A DNA stretch of 64,000 nucleotides from a virus (IMGVR_UViG_3300035698_032497); one strand, 5' to 3'. Positions 54,188 to 63,145 are shown, counted from the first letter of the stretch. A program made the numbers and translations. Notes: generated from the letters alone by a model not told the origin.

Positions 54188-56095
54188 ATGGCAGAGATTC
54201 CTCGCCCGCTCTCGGTCATGCTGCTCGGCCACGGGGCCGTCAGGGTCGGTGCGCCCCGGGCCAACCAGGACCGAGCCGAGCGCATCATCGAGCTGGCGTC
54301 ATTGCCAGTGATCGATCTCGACGATCGATCTATCGATGACTTGAACCGGGTGGCCTTCGGGTTCACTACCGGGGATCGCATCTTGGTCCCCACCAGGTAC
54401 TTCTCATCCGAGCGTGTCCCTTTCATCGTCTCGGGCGATCCCAGGGCGCTGCTCCGACATGATGGGAGCCTTGTCCCGCTGACCGCGGGGGTGGCCGAGG
54501 CCATTGAGCACAGCTCGGGTGAAGATGTCGAGGTCGTGGTCATCGTCGAGGGTGACGCGGTCGCGACCATCCACCTGTTGGCAGCCGAGCTGAAGCGCGG
54601 ACGACAGCTGCAGGAGTTCTGGACAGACAAGGGCTGGGACATCAACGCGGAGCAGTTCGTCTCCGGGTGGCAACAGCGGAACCCAGGGCGCTTGGTGCTC
54701 CGGAAGCCAGGCTCTCCCGTGGGGTGGCTCGATGGTTGTTGTGCCACCGGCTTCTACCACATCACTACATCGCTTCGTGATGTTCGAGCGAGCGCGCTCA
54801 AGAGCAGGTTGCAGCTGTTGCGCGAGGTCGATCCCGACTTCGTCATCCCTGGTGACGCCTACGGGCGCTCACGAATCTACCCTAAAGTGGGGCTCGGTGG
54901 CAGTGGTCTCGACAGGCTCCCTGATACGGTCAGTGTGACCTACAGCAAGCAGAGAGCCTTCGACCTCGAGGCCGGAATGCACCTGGCCGTACGCTGCGCC
55001 AAGGCCCAGACGGGATCCGGTCCTCCAGTCGACGCTCTCGAGATCCTCGACTTCGTGCTCGATCTGCATGGCTTTCCTGGTGGCATCGACGCTGCGATGA
55101 AGGGCGCTACGGACTGGCAATGGTTCAGGATGTACGTCGCCTATTTGTTCTGCTACGGACTCGAGGACGACGCTCCTGTTCCCTTCTTCATGATGGTCTC
55201 GAGGATCGCGGACGATCTCCAAGACCCACATGACAGGTATCTACTGAAGAGAGCACTGCTCACGCACGGTATTCGTCGTGGCTTCCTCGATGAGAACGGA
55301 AGACCCAGCTCTTCGGCGATGGTCGATGTCCCTGGTCAGTGGGCTTCTCTCCGAGAGAGCGGGTTCCACTTCGTGCCGTACAGCGACACCAACACATGGT
55401 TGTCCGAGCTCTTGGACTGGTGGAGTGACTCCCTCGAAGGTAACGAACCCATCCCGTATGGTGTTCTGGCCAAGGGAAGATCGGCATCGCCGGCCGATCT
55501 GAAGTACTTTGTCGAAGTCTGCGAGAACAACGAGTACGTCGTGTTGCAGGCCTTGGACAACTGGCTTGGGATGTTGACCGGCGCGCTCGGTGTGCAGGGC
55601 CCCAGGATCGGCTTTTTGGCTCAGGACCAAGTGCTCGCGCAGTTCAGTCCCGATGATGTCGGGATCGTGGTGCTCCAGGTCAAGTCGGAGTCGAGTCCGA
55701 TCTTCGTCTCCGAGGAGTGGGAGCTGACCTTCGAGCCGTCCGATGTGCGGCTCGTCCCCTACGCCGAGATCTCCCGGGTTCTGTCCGGGCAGAGGCCGTG
55801 GACACGTTACGAGGTGGCCGGCTTCGTCAACACCATCGTGGACGAGATGGGCGGAGACCCGGTAGCCATCGACTCGGGCCTGTGTGACGAGTTCGCCGAC
55901 AGGCTCGCGGGCAGGCTCGGAGCGGGTGCCGAGGTTCAGTGTGCTGACCTCGCTTCACCGCTCGCCGGTCACTGCTGGGTCAGGTATCTCTCCAGGGTCT
56001 ATGACCCAGAGACCCCAACAGGGGTCGACCATCCCTGGCAGCTGAACAGCTATCGACGCCGGGGGGCCAAGAACCGGCCGACCTGGTACGGATGA
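54188..56095 (+). CDS. large hypothetical protein (possible divergent member of the GHC family: GWLDGCCATGFYHITTSLRD)
   Basis: 635 aa. Confidence 0.6.
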   Translation: MAEIPRPLSVMLLGHGAVRVGAPRANQDRAERIIELASLPVIDLDDRSIDDLNRVAFGFTTGDRILVPTRYFSSERVPFIVSGDPRALLRHDGSLVPLTAGVAEAIEHSSGEDVEVVVIVEGDAVATIHLLAAELKRGRQLQEFWTDKGWDINAEQFVSGWQQRNPGRLVLRKPGSPVGWLDGCCATGFYHITTSLRDVRASALKSRLQLLREVDPDFVIPGDAYGRSRIYPKVGLGGSGLDRLPDTVSVTYSKQRAFDLEAGMHLAVRCAKAQTGSGPPVDALEILDFVLDLHGFPGGIDAAMKGATDWQWFRMYVAYLFCYGLEDDAPVPFFMMVSRIADDLQDPHDRYLLKRALLTHGIRRGFLDENGRPSSSAMVDVPGQWASLRESGFHFVPYSDTNTWLSELLDWWSDSLEGNEPIPYGVLAKGRSASPADLKYFVEVCENNEYVVLQALDNWLGMLTGALGVQGPRIGFLAQDQVLAQFSPDDVGIVVLQVKSESSPIFVSEEWELTFEPSDVRLVPYAEISRVLSGQRPWTRYEVAGFVNTIVDEMGGDPVAIDSGLCDEFADRLAGRLGAGAEVQCADLASPLAGHCWVRYLSRVYDPETPTGVDHPWQLNSYRRRGAKNRPTWYG

Positions 56096-56099
56096 GGCC

Positions 56100-56690
56100 A
56101 TGAGCGGCCTGAATACGCCAGAGAGGCTGCGGTTGTTCTTGGGGCTGGGCGTAGAGCGCTCGGTCGGTGTCCCGCTGGTCGGGCTGGTTTCCGAGATGGG
56201 CATCTCCGTCGACACCTCGATGATCGACCCTGGGCTGCACGTCTGGAGTCATGAATATCGTTCTCGCCTGACCATGACGCTGATCGATGAGGGTGGCAGG
56301 ACGGTAGGGGAGCTGGCTGCGATCGTCTTGGATGTTTTGGATTTTGTGGACGATGATGACGACGAGGAGTGGGAGGTCGAGCTCATGTCCAGCATGCTTC
56401 AGGAGCTGAGCGCGCTGGTCGGACGTCATTTCTCGAAGGGTGCCTCGATGCATGTCTGGCTCCATGAAGACATGTGGGGCCGTGGAATCGCCCGGGCGAT
56501 GTACGAGGTCGCTGGGCGTATCGTGTCCAGGGACGACATCCCGATAGTGTCAGGCTCGTTCACTGGTGGCACGTCGCCGGACGCCCAGCGCATCTGGCGC
56601 GGGCTCTGCGCCAGACATCCGTCGGTCTGCTGTCCCGACGAGTGGACCGAGACCGGCTGGGCGCCCGCCGTGGCCTGGCTTGGTCCGTAG
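56100..56690 (+). CDS. possible GNAT-like acetyltransferase
   Basis: WGRGIARAMYEVAG resembles GNAT motif A. Confidence 0.35.
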   Translation: MSGLNTPERLRLFLGLGVERSVGVPLVGLVSEMGISVDTSMIDPGLHVWSHEYRSRLTMTLIDEGGRTVGELAAIVLDVLDFVDDDDDEEWEVELMSSMLQELSALVGRHFSKGASMHVWLHEDMWGRGIARAMYEVAGRIVSRDDIPIVSGSFTGGTSPDAQRIWRGLCARHPSVCCPDEWTETGWAPAVAWLGP

Positions 56691-56692
56691 GC

Positions 56693-56983
56693 CTACTTGC
56701 CGCGGCGATGCCTCGAGTGCTTGCGCCTGGCTTTCTTCCACCCGGTACCGAACAGCTCCGGGTAGTTGTTCTTCATGGTCACCTTGGCCGCTCCGATCCC
56801 AGCTGGTCCGGCGGCCTGCATGATGGCCACCCTCCATGGAGACAGCCCGATGGTCCCAGGAGCGGGCCTGTCGCGAGCGACGATGTGCGGATAGTTCTGC
56901 GCGAAGAGGATCTCCGCTTGGTCCTGGTGGCCGGTGGAGGCCAGCTGCAGAGCACGTTTCCATGGGGCGATGATGGTGGGCAT
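56693..56983 (-). CDS. small hypothetical protein
   Basis: Start trimmed to MPTIIAPWK with an AGGAGA RBS. Confidence 0.4.
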   Translation of the reverse strand: MPTIIAPWKRALQLASTGHQDQAEILFAQNYPHIVARDRPAPGTIGLSPWRVAIMQAAGPAGIGAAKVTMKNNYPELFGTGWKKARRKHSRHRRGK

Positions 56984-57128
56984 GGAGATCTCCTGTCCGG
57001 GGGAGGGTGGCGAATAGTGCACCATCTTACATGGTGAGCTGGTCGTTGGGGTGGAAGCGCGATAGAGCACTGATGGTTTCAACAATGGAGAGTGGTAGAT
57101 AGAGAGAGAGCAACGAAGAACGTAGTGT

Positions 57129-57804
57129 AGCCCTTTAGCTCAGATGGATAGAGCAACGGTCTTTGACTAAAAAGGAGCCCTCTTGTGGAAGATCGAGAAG
57201 ACGGTCAAGAAAGGTGAGTACGTGTACGCGGTCGTTCCTGGGCATCCCAGGGCGATTGAGTTCGGGTACGTTCTATTGCACAGGGTGCTGATGGAGAATC
57301 ACCTGGGAAGACTTCTCGATTCGAATGAGGTCGTACATCATATCGATGATAAGAAGCTCAATAACGATCTGAGCAACCTCGAGGTTCTCGACAAGATAGA
57401 GCACCTCAGAAGACACGCGACCACGGGCAGAGCCATGGTCGAGCTGAGGTGTCCCGAGTGTAGGAAGAGGTTTGCGATCGAGCGTCGGCAGTCGCACTTG
57501 CGCAAGGGGCATGAAGTCACTTGCTGCTCGAGGCGCTGTCGGGGCAGGTTCCACGATAAGATTCGACGTCACGGAAGAACGCAAGAGGTGGAGGATGCTA
57601 TATCGGGGAACATCGTAAGGGAGTTCTGCTCCCTCGACAATCCCGAGGAAACCCACGGCCGTGGGGATCCGTAGAGGCCATACGCGTCCCGCCTGTGACG
57701 GTGAAGAGATGGTCCGGACTACAACACCCTCGTGGTGGTCATGGAAACATGATGTGGTGAAGCTAAACCGTGGGTCCTGGGTTCGAGTCCCGGAAGGGCT
57801 GCCA
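57129..57804 (+). tRNA. tRNA-Gln(TTG) interrupted in the anticodon loop by a ~600-nt intron
   Basis: Exon 1 (~57129..57166) is AGCCCTT-TA-GCTC-AGATGGATA-GAGC-A-ACGGT-CTTTG…. Exon 2 (~57765..57804) is …AA-ACCGT-GGGTC-CTGGG-TTCGAGT-CCCGG-AAGGGCT-G-CCA. The two halves make a perfect 7-bp acceptor and 5-bp anticodon stem. Confidence 0.55.
57183..57674 (+). CDS. HNH homing endonuclease (intron-encoded)
   Basis: VHHIDDKKLNNDLSNLEVLDKIEH (H-N-H) plus a Cys4 cluster; AAAAAGGAG RBS and a TTG start straight after tRNA exon 1. Confidence 0.7.
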   Translation: MWKIEKTVKKGEYVYAVVPGHPRAIEFGYVLLHRVLMENHLGRLLDSNEVVHHIDDKKLNNDLSNLEVLDKIEHLRRHATTGRAMVELRCPECRKRFAIERRQSHLRKGHEVTCCSRRCRGRFHDKIRRHGRTQEVEDAISGNIVREFCSLDNPEETHGRGDP

Positions 57805-57855
57805 CGTTCTTCGTACGAGATAGCGTTGAGTCTCTCGAGACGGTAAGATGCCCGC

Positions 57856-60396
57856 ATGAGCATCGTCATCTCCATCACGACAGCCCTGATTGCGCACCCA
57901 GACAAGGCCTCCAGGCGGTCTGCGCTTCAGGCGGTGGCTGGACGCTCTGGACTGGATGTCCGGGCGATCATGGGCCGCACTCGGGACGACACGCCGGAGG
58001 GCCTGGTCAAAGAGACCATGGAGAAGGCCCATCGCTGCGCACCGATCTGCGGCGAGATGGTCGAAAGAATGCTCCGTCCTGGGAACATCGGCGTGTTGAA
58101 TGATGACGGTAGCATTGCCATCGACAACCGGAGAAGGGCCGACGTGCTGGCTATGCTCCCGTGGATAGCCAGGAATCTCTGTTCCGAGTACCGCTCTGCC
58201 GAGGAGGGCGTCAAGGACGCGTCTGTCGTCACCTTGTACGGCAAGCTGTGGTCTCCGGCCGGGGGAGGAAAGCGGGGGACCGTTTTTTGGAACATCAGGA
58301 CATGGGAACGGACCAATGGGACGCAGATCGAGTCCATGACCCTCGAGATGGCCATCGAAGCGGTCAAGCTTTGGATCCCCGAGGACGAAGCAGCCTGCCA
58401 TGACGATGACGGCCCGAGTGCGGTAGTCCCCGCGGTGCAGGTGGTCTCCTGGCGAGATGGTGGCCGAATCGACAGGCTGGTGGACTACCGCCAGTTCGCC
58501 GCAGAGGGAAACGCCATGAACCACTGCATCGGCGGCAGTAACCAGGGGACGTGCGAGGCGGACGGCAGGAGTGACTACTGGCAAAAGAGCCGTGACGGTC
58601 AAGGTGGAGCCTTCTCCTACCGCTATGTCGAGCAGCAAAATCCGTACGTATCGGACAGACTCCTCGGGCTTCCCGAAGGCACGATCTGGTTCAGGCTCGA
58701 TCCACTCAGGCTGACCGACGCCTACGGCTTCGACGATCAGGAGATCGAGGATCGGGTCGCCAGGGAGAGGTTGGTTCGGTTCCTGGTCTCGACACCTGGA
58801 GCCCCCCAGGTTCCCATGGTGCTCCGCACGTCACACCTGGAGCCCTTCCGATCCGAGCTTGGTGTTGGGATACCTGTTCACCACGTTGATCTCGACGAAG
58901 AGGACGAGGATCACGACGAGGACGACTACGACGAGGGCAACCATGACGAGGACGACGAGCATCAGGAGCACGGAGTTCCGGGCGCGTTGCCGGCCGACCT
59001 GTTGCCGGAGATGCCCGGGGAGCCAGAAGGCGCTCACGCTGAGATGGTTGCCACGGCAAACCTGGCGTTGACGCAGGCCGTCAACGAGCTGCGGACGCGG
59101 CTCGCACAGGGCATGGCTCCGACCGATGCGCTGGCTGCGCCCTCGGAGGTCGACGTTCCTTTCCCTGGTGGGCCTTATCCGAACTGGTTCATCGTCGTCG
59201 GATGCCTCGAGAGTCTGCTGCGTGGCAGGTTCGGCATCCAGGGACGTAGAGGGGAATACTTCTATCAGCAGAGACCCTGGGACGAAGACGACCCGGCGAT
59301 CTCCATCACGCTCGGCGCGGACGGGACGCAGCACTTCGAGATCGAGTTCGATCCGATCTTCGATCCGTCATCTCAGATCCCGGGCCTCCAGGGCGTTCCG
59401 GTGGTTCCGGCCTGGCTGCGCAACCTTGGCGTTGACAGTGTTGGTGTGAGGTTCGATGTCGATCCAGACAGGGAGCAGCCCACCGACATCCTGCTCGAGG
59501 TCGATCTGTACCGAGGCCCGGACATCATCGAAGAAATGCAGGCGCCGTTGGATGCGTTTTTGGGGCCGTTCGCCGAGAAGTTCACCGAGATCGTGCGTGA
59601 GCGGGGCGATGCCGAAGAAGACGCCGAGATCGAACCCGAGGCCGAAGACGATCTTCCGGCTCCCATCGATCTCTGGCTGATCGATACTGCCACCGGCAGA
59701 ATCGAGGCCTGGGACGATCCACAAAATCCCCACACAGGAGACGATGTTCATGCCCTGGGGCTGGCTCGTCAGGCCGTAGCCGCCGATGCCTGGACGCACC
59801 CCGTCTACAACAGGGTGCAAGCACTCGAGGCTTTGGGCCTCCACGACGGTGGGGATGAGATCGAAGATGACGACGGAGACGTCGACGAGATCGAACAGTT
59901 CGGTGCCGACTACGAGCCCGACGCCGGTTCGGAGCTCCCCGACATCATCCTCGTTCCACCGAACCTGATCTTCGGCGCCAGCCGCAACCTGATGCGAGGT
60001 ATCGGGCACGACAGTCCCTCTGGCCGGGGCACCGCGCTGTTCATCCCGTACCCTGACGAGGAGAACAAAGCGTGGACGATCTCCAGCCGGGACAGGGCCA
60101 TCGAGCTGTACGTGCAGCATGAGCTGCGCGGCAGGGGACCCTGGCCGAGCGAAAACGGAAGCCTCCTGATCATCCTGCCGCACGCCAGCGGATCTCTGCC
60201 GGGTGCGACTCCTCCGGTCGATGTCCTGTTCGCGGAGCTCAACGCCCGCTTCCCGGGCGGTCTGGCCATCGCGCTCGAGGACCTGGACGATCGAATGGTG
60301 GCCAGGTGGCGCAGGACAGCCGAGCGGAACGACATTCCGATCTTCGAGACCGCCTCCGAGGCCATCGAGGACCATCGCGAAGCCGAAGAGGAGTAG
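57856..60396 (+). CDS. large hypothetical protein, GHC-motif paralog family, acidic repeats
   Basis: …VSWRDGGRIDRLVDYRQFAAEGNAMNHCIGG…; DEEDEDHDEDDYDEGNHDEDDEHQEH. Confidence 0.65.
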   Translation: MSIVISITTALIAHPDKASRRSALQAVAGRSGLDVRAIMGRTRDDTPEGLVKETMEKAHRCAPICGEMVERMLRPGNIGVLNDDGSIAIDNRRRADVLAMLPWIARNLCSEYRSAEEGVKDASVVTLYGKLWSPAGGGKRGTVFWNIRTWERTNGTQIESMTLEMAIEAVKLWIPEDEAACHDDDGPSAVVPAVQVVSWRDGGRIDRLVDYRQFAAEGNAMNHCIGGSNQGTCEADGRSDYWQKSRDGQGGAFSYRYVEQQNPYVSDRLLGLPEGTIWFRLDPLRLTDAYGFDDQEIEDRVARERLVRFLVSTPGAPQVPMVLRTSHLEPFRSELGVGIPVHHVDLDEEDEDHDEDDYDEGNHDEDDEHQEHGVPGALPADLLPEMPGEPEGAHAEMVATANLALTQAVNELRTRLAQGMAPTDALAAPSEVDVPFPGGPYPNWFIVVGCLESLLRGRFGIQGRRGEYFYQQRPWDEDDPAISITLGADGTQHFEIEFDPIFDPSSQIPGLQGVPVVPAWLRNLGVDSVGVRFDVDPDREQPTDILLEVDLYRGPDIIEEMQAPLDAFLGPFAEKFTEIVRERGDAEEDAEIEPEAEDDLPAPIDLWLIDTATGRIEAWDDPQNPHTGDDVHALGLARQAVAADAWTHPVYNRVQALEALGLHDGGDEIEDDDGDVDEIEQFGADYEPDAGSELPDIILVPPNLIFGASRNLMRGIGHDSPSGRGTALFIPYPDEENKAWTISSRDRAIELYVQHELRGRGPWPSENGSLLIILPHASGSLPGATPPVDVLFAELNARFPGGLAIALEDLDDRMVARWRRTAERNDIPIFETASEAIEDHREAEEE

Positions 60397-60592
60397 CTCG
60401 TAACGCTCTCCGTTCTTCTTGGTGCATACCACCAAGGAGGTCGCCATGTGCGACGAGGAGCGGGATGAGCCGAAGACCGAGCTCGATGAAGCATAGCAGC
60501 AGGCCTGGGACGAGATCGTGATAGCGGGAGAGGACGCGCTCGAGAAGAGGCTGCGTGAAGGCCCGGAACCGGAAGATGTCTGCTACACCGGC

Positions 60593-60639
60593 TTGACGCT
60601 GATCGACTGATGAGATAGCATTGCTACCAGCAGTAGCAA
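60593..60639 (+). promoter_or_regulatory. class-B promoter TTGACG-17-TAGCAT + hairpin TTGCTAC-CAGCA-GTAGCAA
   Basis: Ends 10 nt before ATG 60649. Confidence 0.5.
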
Positions 60640-60648
60640 GGAATCATC

Positions 60649-61578
60649 ATGCGGCTCATCAGCAAGTTCAAGGACTACTACGACGGCTGCCAGGCCTCCG
60701 ACCTGGAGCGTAGTCCTGTATGGGTGCGCGCCGAGGAGGTCATCGAGATCCCGAACCTGCGTGGGTCTCGCTCGCAGGACCATGGGCGTGGGCTGCACTT
60801 CAACGGGAGCACAGGAGACGCGCTGCTCGACGAGGCCCTGCCTCGCATCGTGGCCGCCAGGAGTTGGATGCCGGACATGTCCGGGTTCATCCGCTACAGC
60901 TCCTACAGCTCGTTCAGGAATGTCGGAGCCGGCACCGCCAGGGTCTTCGTCTTCTGCTGTGGGAAGCTGTACCCCTACTGGCACGCGACCGATCCGCTGA
61001 GCTCTTCGATCAGTCCGCCCAGTAAAGCATGCCAGAGCGTGGCCGAGGTGATCGCCTTCGTCGAGGGCTGGGACGAGACCAGCGTGGACGCCTGGAGCAT
61101 GGACATCGACAGGAAGAAGAACATCCTGAGGAGCCTCGAAGCACAGAAGGACGCCAAGAGCGGCAGCTTCTATGACGGCAGCCGTAACTACCCGAACAAC
61201 GAGCAGGGATGGCAGAAGTGGCAGCAGGACAACAGCACCGTGCTGCAGCGTGAGTACGACGATCTGCACCGGCACCTGGGTACGCCGCTGTTTCTGATCG
61301 TTCCGGGAACCTACGGCCGCGGCCTGTGCCTGGTGAAGAACCCCGTCTTGTCCAAGGTCGCCTTCCAGGGCATCGTCGATGCCTGGTCCATGTGGCAGTC
61401 GCTGGATTTCTTCCTCGGCAACAACATGGCCACTCAGATGGACCCGGACTCTGCTCGCACCAACCAGGGCATCATCGACGCCCACGGTTTCAATGAGCAG
61501 AGCTTCAGGAGCGTCGCCCCGGGCGAACGCAAGGCTCGTCGCAGGGAGAACCGCAAGCGCAAGCGGGACACGGCATAA
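60649..61578 (+). CDS. hypothetical protein
   Basis: 309 aa. Confidence 0.55.
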   Translation: MRLISKFKDYYDGCQASDLERSPVWVRAEEVIEIPNLRGSRSQDHGRGLHFNGSTGDALLDEALPRIVAARSWMPDMSGFIRYSSYSSFRNVGAGTARVFVFCCGKLYPYWHATDPLSSSISPPSKACQSVAEVIAFVEGWDETSVDAWSMDIDRKKNILRSLEAQKDAKSGSFYDGSRNYPNNEQGWQKWQQDNSTVLQREYDDLHRHLGTPLFLIVPGTYGRGLCLVKNPVLSKVAFQGIVDAWSMWQSLDFFLGNNMATQMDPDSARTNQGIIDAHGFNEQSFRSVAPGERKARRRENRKRKRDTA

Positions 61579-61805
61579 TGGCGATTGGAGACATGCCACG
61601 TCCAGATCCGTCTTATCCGCCTTTGTACGATATGATCGCACGGTACCTGGAACGAATTACCCTCCTCGAGGGCATCCTGGACAAGCGTGTGCCGGGTTGG
61701 CGAGAGCTCGACGAAGCCAAGCGGTTGCAGGAATGCATGCAGGTCGTCGTCGGTAATGTCAGCTTGGGGAGTGACCCTATGCCGTCCGATGGGGGAAAAC
61801 GATGA
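61578..61805 (+). CDS. small hypothetical protein
   Basis: ATAATG overlap with the upstream stop. Confidence 0.4.
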   Translation: MAIGDMPRPDPSYPPLYDMIARYLERITLLEGILDKRVPGWRELDEAKRLQECMQVVVGNVSLGSDPMPSDGGKR

Positions 61806-62044
61806 CTACCCAGCTACAGCGCATCGTCTGGAGACAGCGGGTGATGGCTATTGGGGCCACGAACTACCTGCTGAAGTTCTACATCCTCTTCGGGCGCAAG
61901 GAGCGTCTGACCTGTCCTTCCATCATCGGACTACCACTGAGGCTTCGGATGAGGCTATGGAAGCACGAGAAGGACAACCCCGTCACCGTCAGGGAGTTCA
62001 GCAACTATGGAACAAGGCGACAGACCAGCCCCGAACCGGGGTGA
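61802..62044 (+). CDS. small hypothetical protein
   Basis: ATGA overlap. Confidence 0.35.
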   Translation: MTTQLQRIVWRQRVMAIGATNYLLKFYILFGRKERLTCPSIIGLPLRLRMRLWKHEKDNPVTVREFSNYGTRRQTSPEPG

Positions 62045-62588
62045 GCCCAAGCAGGTGATCGTGATCCGGATGAAGTATCCGGACGCTGATGGCAAGCTGC
62101 GCAAGCTGCGCTTCGGCAAGCTGGCAGCACAGGTGGCTCACGCCTCGAACGCGACGCTGCTCGATCGCAAGATCGAGTTCCTCGACAAAGACGGTGAGCT
62201 CATCCCCATCAGGGGCGTGATGCTCGAGCCGACCAAGGCGGACATCGCAGAGATGACCGGGTCTTGCTCCATGCCGGACGCCGGAAACGTCGTCTTCGAG
62301 GGAGACAGGGTGTGGCCCATGATGCTGCTGCTGACCAAACCCATGGACACATGGTCCAGGGTCCGCTTCAAGAAGATCGTCCTGGTAGCCGACACCGAGG
62401 AGCAGCTGGTCAGGATCCACGAGCTCGCGCTCGAGCGAGGGCTCCCTACGGCGCTCATCGAGGACCACGGGCTCACGGAGTTCCACGGGGTCAAGACCAA
62501 GACCGCGGTCGGCATCGGGCCGGCCGAGCCAGAGCTCATCGACGAGATCACCGGGCCGGACGGCCTGGTCCCATGCAGGCTCGCATAG
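62007..62588 (+). CDS. peptidyl-tRNA hydrolase, PTH2 family
   Basis: KQVIVIRMKYPD…GKLAAQVAHAS and KIVLVADTEEQLVRIHELALERGLPTALIEDHGLTEF…TAVGIGP match the two conserved PTH2 blocks. Confidence 0.7.
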   Translation: MEQGDRPAPNRGEPKQVIVIRMKYPDADGKLRKLRFGKLAAQVAHASNATLLDRKIEFLDKDGELIPIRGVMLEPTKADIAEMTGSCSMPDAGNVVFEGDRVWPMMLLLTKPMDTWSRVRFKKIVLVADTEEQLVRIHELALERGLPTALIEDHGLTEFHGVKTKTAVGIGPAEPELIDEITGPDGLVPCRLA

Positions 62589-62641
62589 GAGTATGCAGAT
62601 CTGAATCAAAATACGGCATAATGCTGTATGAAACTCTTTTT

Positions 62642-62718
62642 CGGGGTGTAGCGCAGTCTGGTAGCGCGCCTGCTTCGGGAGCAGGAGGTCCGCGGTTCGA
62701 GCCCGCGCACCCCGACCA
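62642..62718 (+). tRNA. tRNA-Pro(CGG)
   Basis: Anticodon loop TTCGGGA. Confidence 0.85.
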
Positions 62719-62744
62719 TTTCAGACTACAGTGAAGATGACGAT

Positions 62745-62820
62745 GGGGGCGTAGCTCAACTGGGAGAGCATCTGCTTTGCACGCAGAAGGTCGAGGGTTC
62801 GATCCCCTTCGCCTCCACCA
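62745..62820 (+). tRNA. tRNA-Ala(TGC)
   Basis: Anticodon loop TTTGCAC; G3·U70. Confidence 0.85.
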
Positions 62821-62830
62821 TCATCGTCAT

Positions 62831-62907
62831 CCGGGTATAGCGCAGTCTGGTAGCGCTCCAGCTTTGGGAGCTGGATGTCACAGGTTCGAATCCTGTTACC
62901 CGGACCA
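62831..62907 (+). tRNA. tRNA-Pro(TGG)
   Basis: Anticodon loop TTTGGGA. Confidence 0.85.
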
Positions 62908-62912
62908 TCTAC

Positions 62913-62964
62913 GGGGCCCTCCCCGTTCTGTCCATGGAACGGATCGGGACACCAAGAGGGCCCC
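62913..62964 (+). other. 9-bp inverted repeat GGGGCCCTC…GAGGGCCCC (hairpin) between tRNAs
   Basis: Perfect 9-bp arms with a 34-nt loop. Confidence 0.5.
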
Positions 62965-62975
62965 TCCAGTTTCCC

Positions 62976-63048
62976 GGGGGCGTAGCTCAGTTGGTAGAGC
63001 ATCGGCCTTTTAAGCCGTGGGTCACGGGTTCGATCCCCGTCGCCCCCA
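62976..63048 (+). tRNA. tRNA-Lys(TTT)
   Basis: Anticodon loop CTTTTAA; CCA not encoded. Confidence 0.8.
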
Positions 63049-63068
63049 CCTCTCTTTCATCGTTTTGC

Positions 63069-63145
63069 TGATGCGTGGTCGAAATGGCAAAGACGCCGGG
63101 TTCTGGCCCCGGAGGTTTCAGGTTCGAATCCTGGCGCATCAACCA
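63069..63145 (+). tRNA. tRNA-Gln(CTG)
   Basis: Anticodon loop TTCTGGC; U1-A72 as in bacterial tRNA-Gln. Confidence 0.8.

Noticed and set aside
60445-60609. 54-codon frame MCDEERDEPKTELDEA-TAG-QQAWDEIV… with an in-frame amber codon and strong AAGGAGG RBS (possible read-through or suppression)
   Set aside because: No amber-suppressor tRNA was found. A promoter (60593) lies inside the downstream half, and long genes elsewhere are uninterrupted. Most likely this is a 16-aa leader peptide or coincidence.
59368-61641. Minus ORFs 59368..60447 and 60583..61641
   Set aside because: Antisense to well-formed plus-strand genes with compositional bias.
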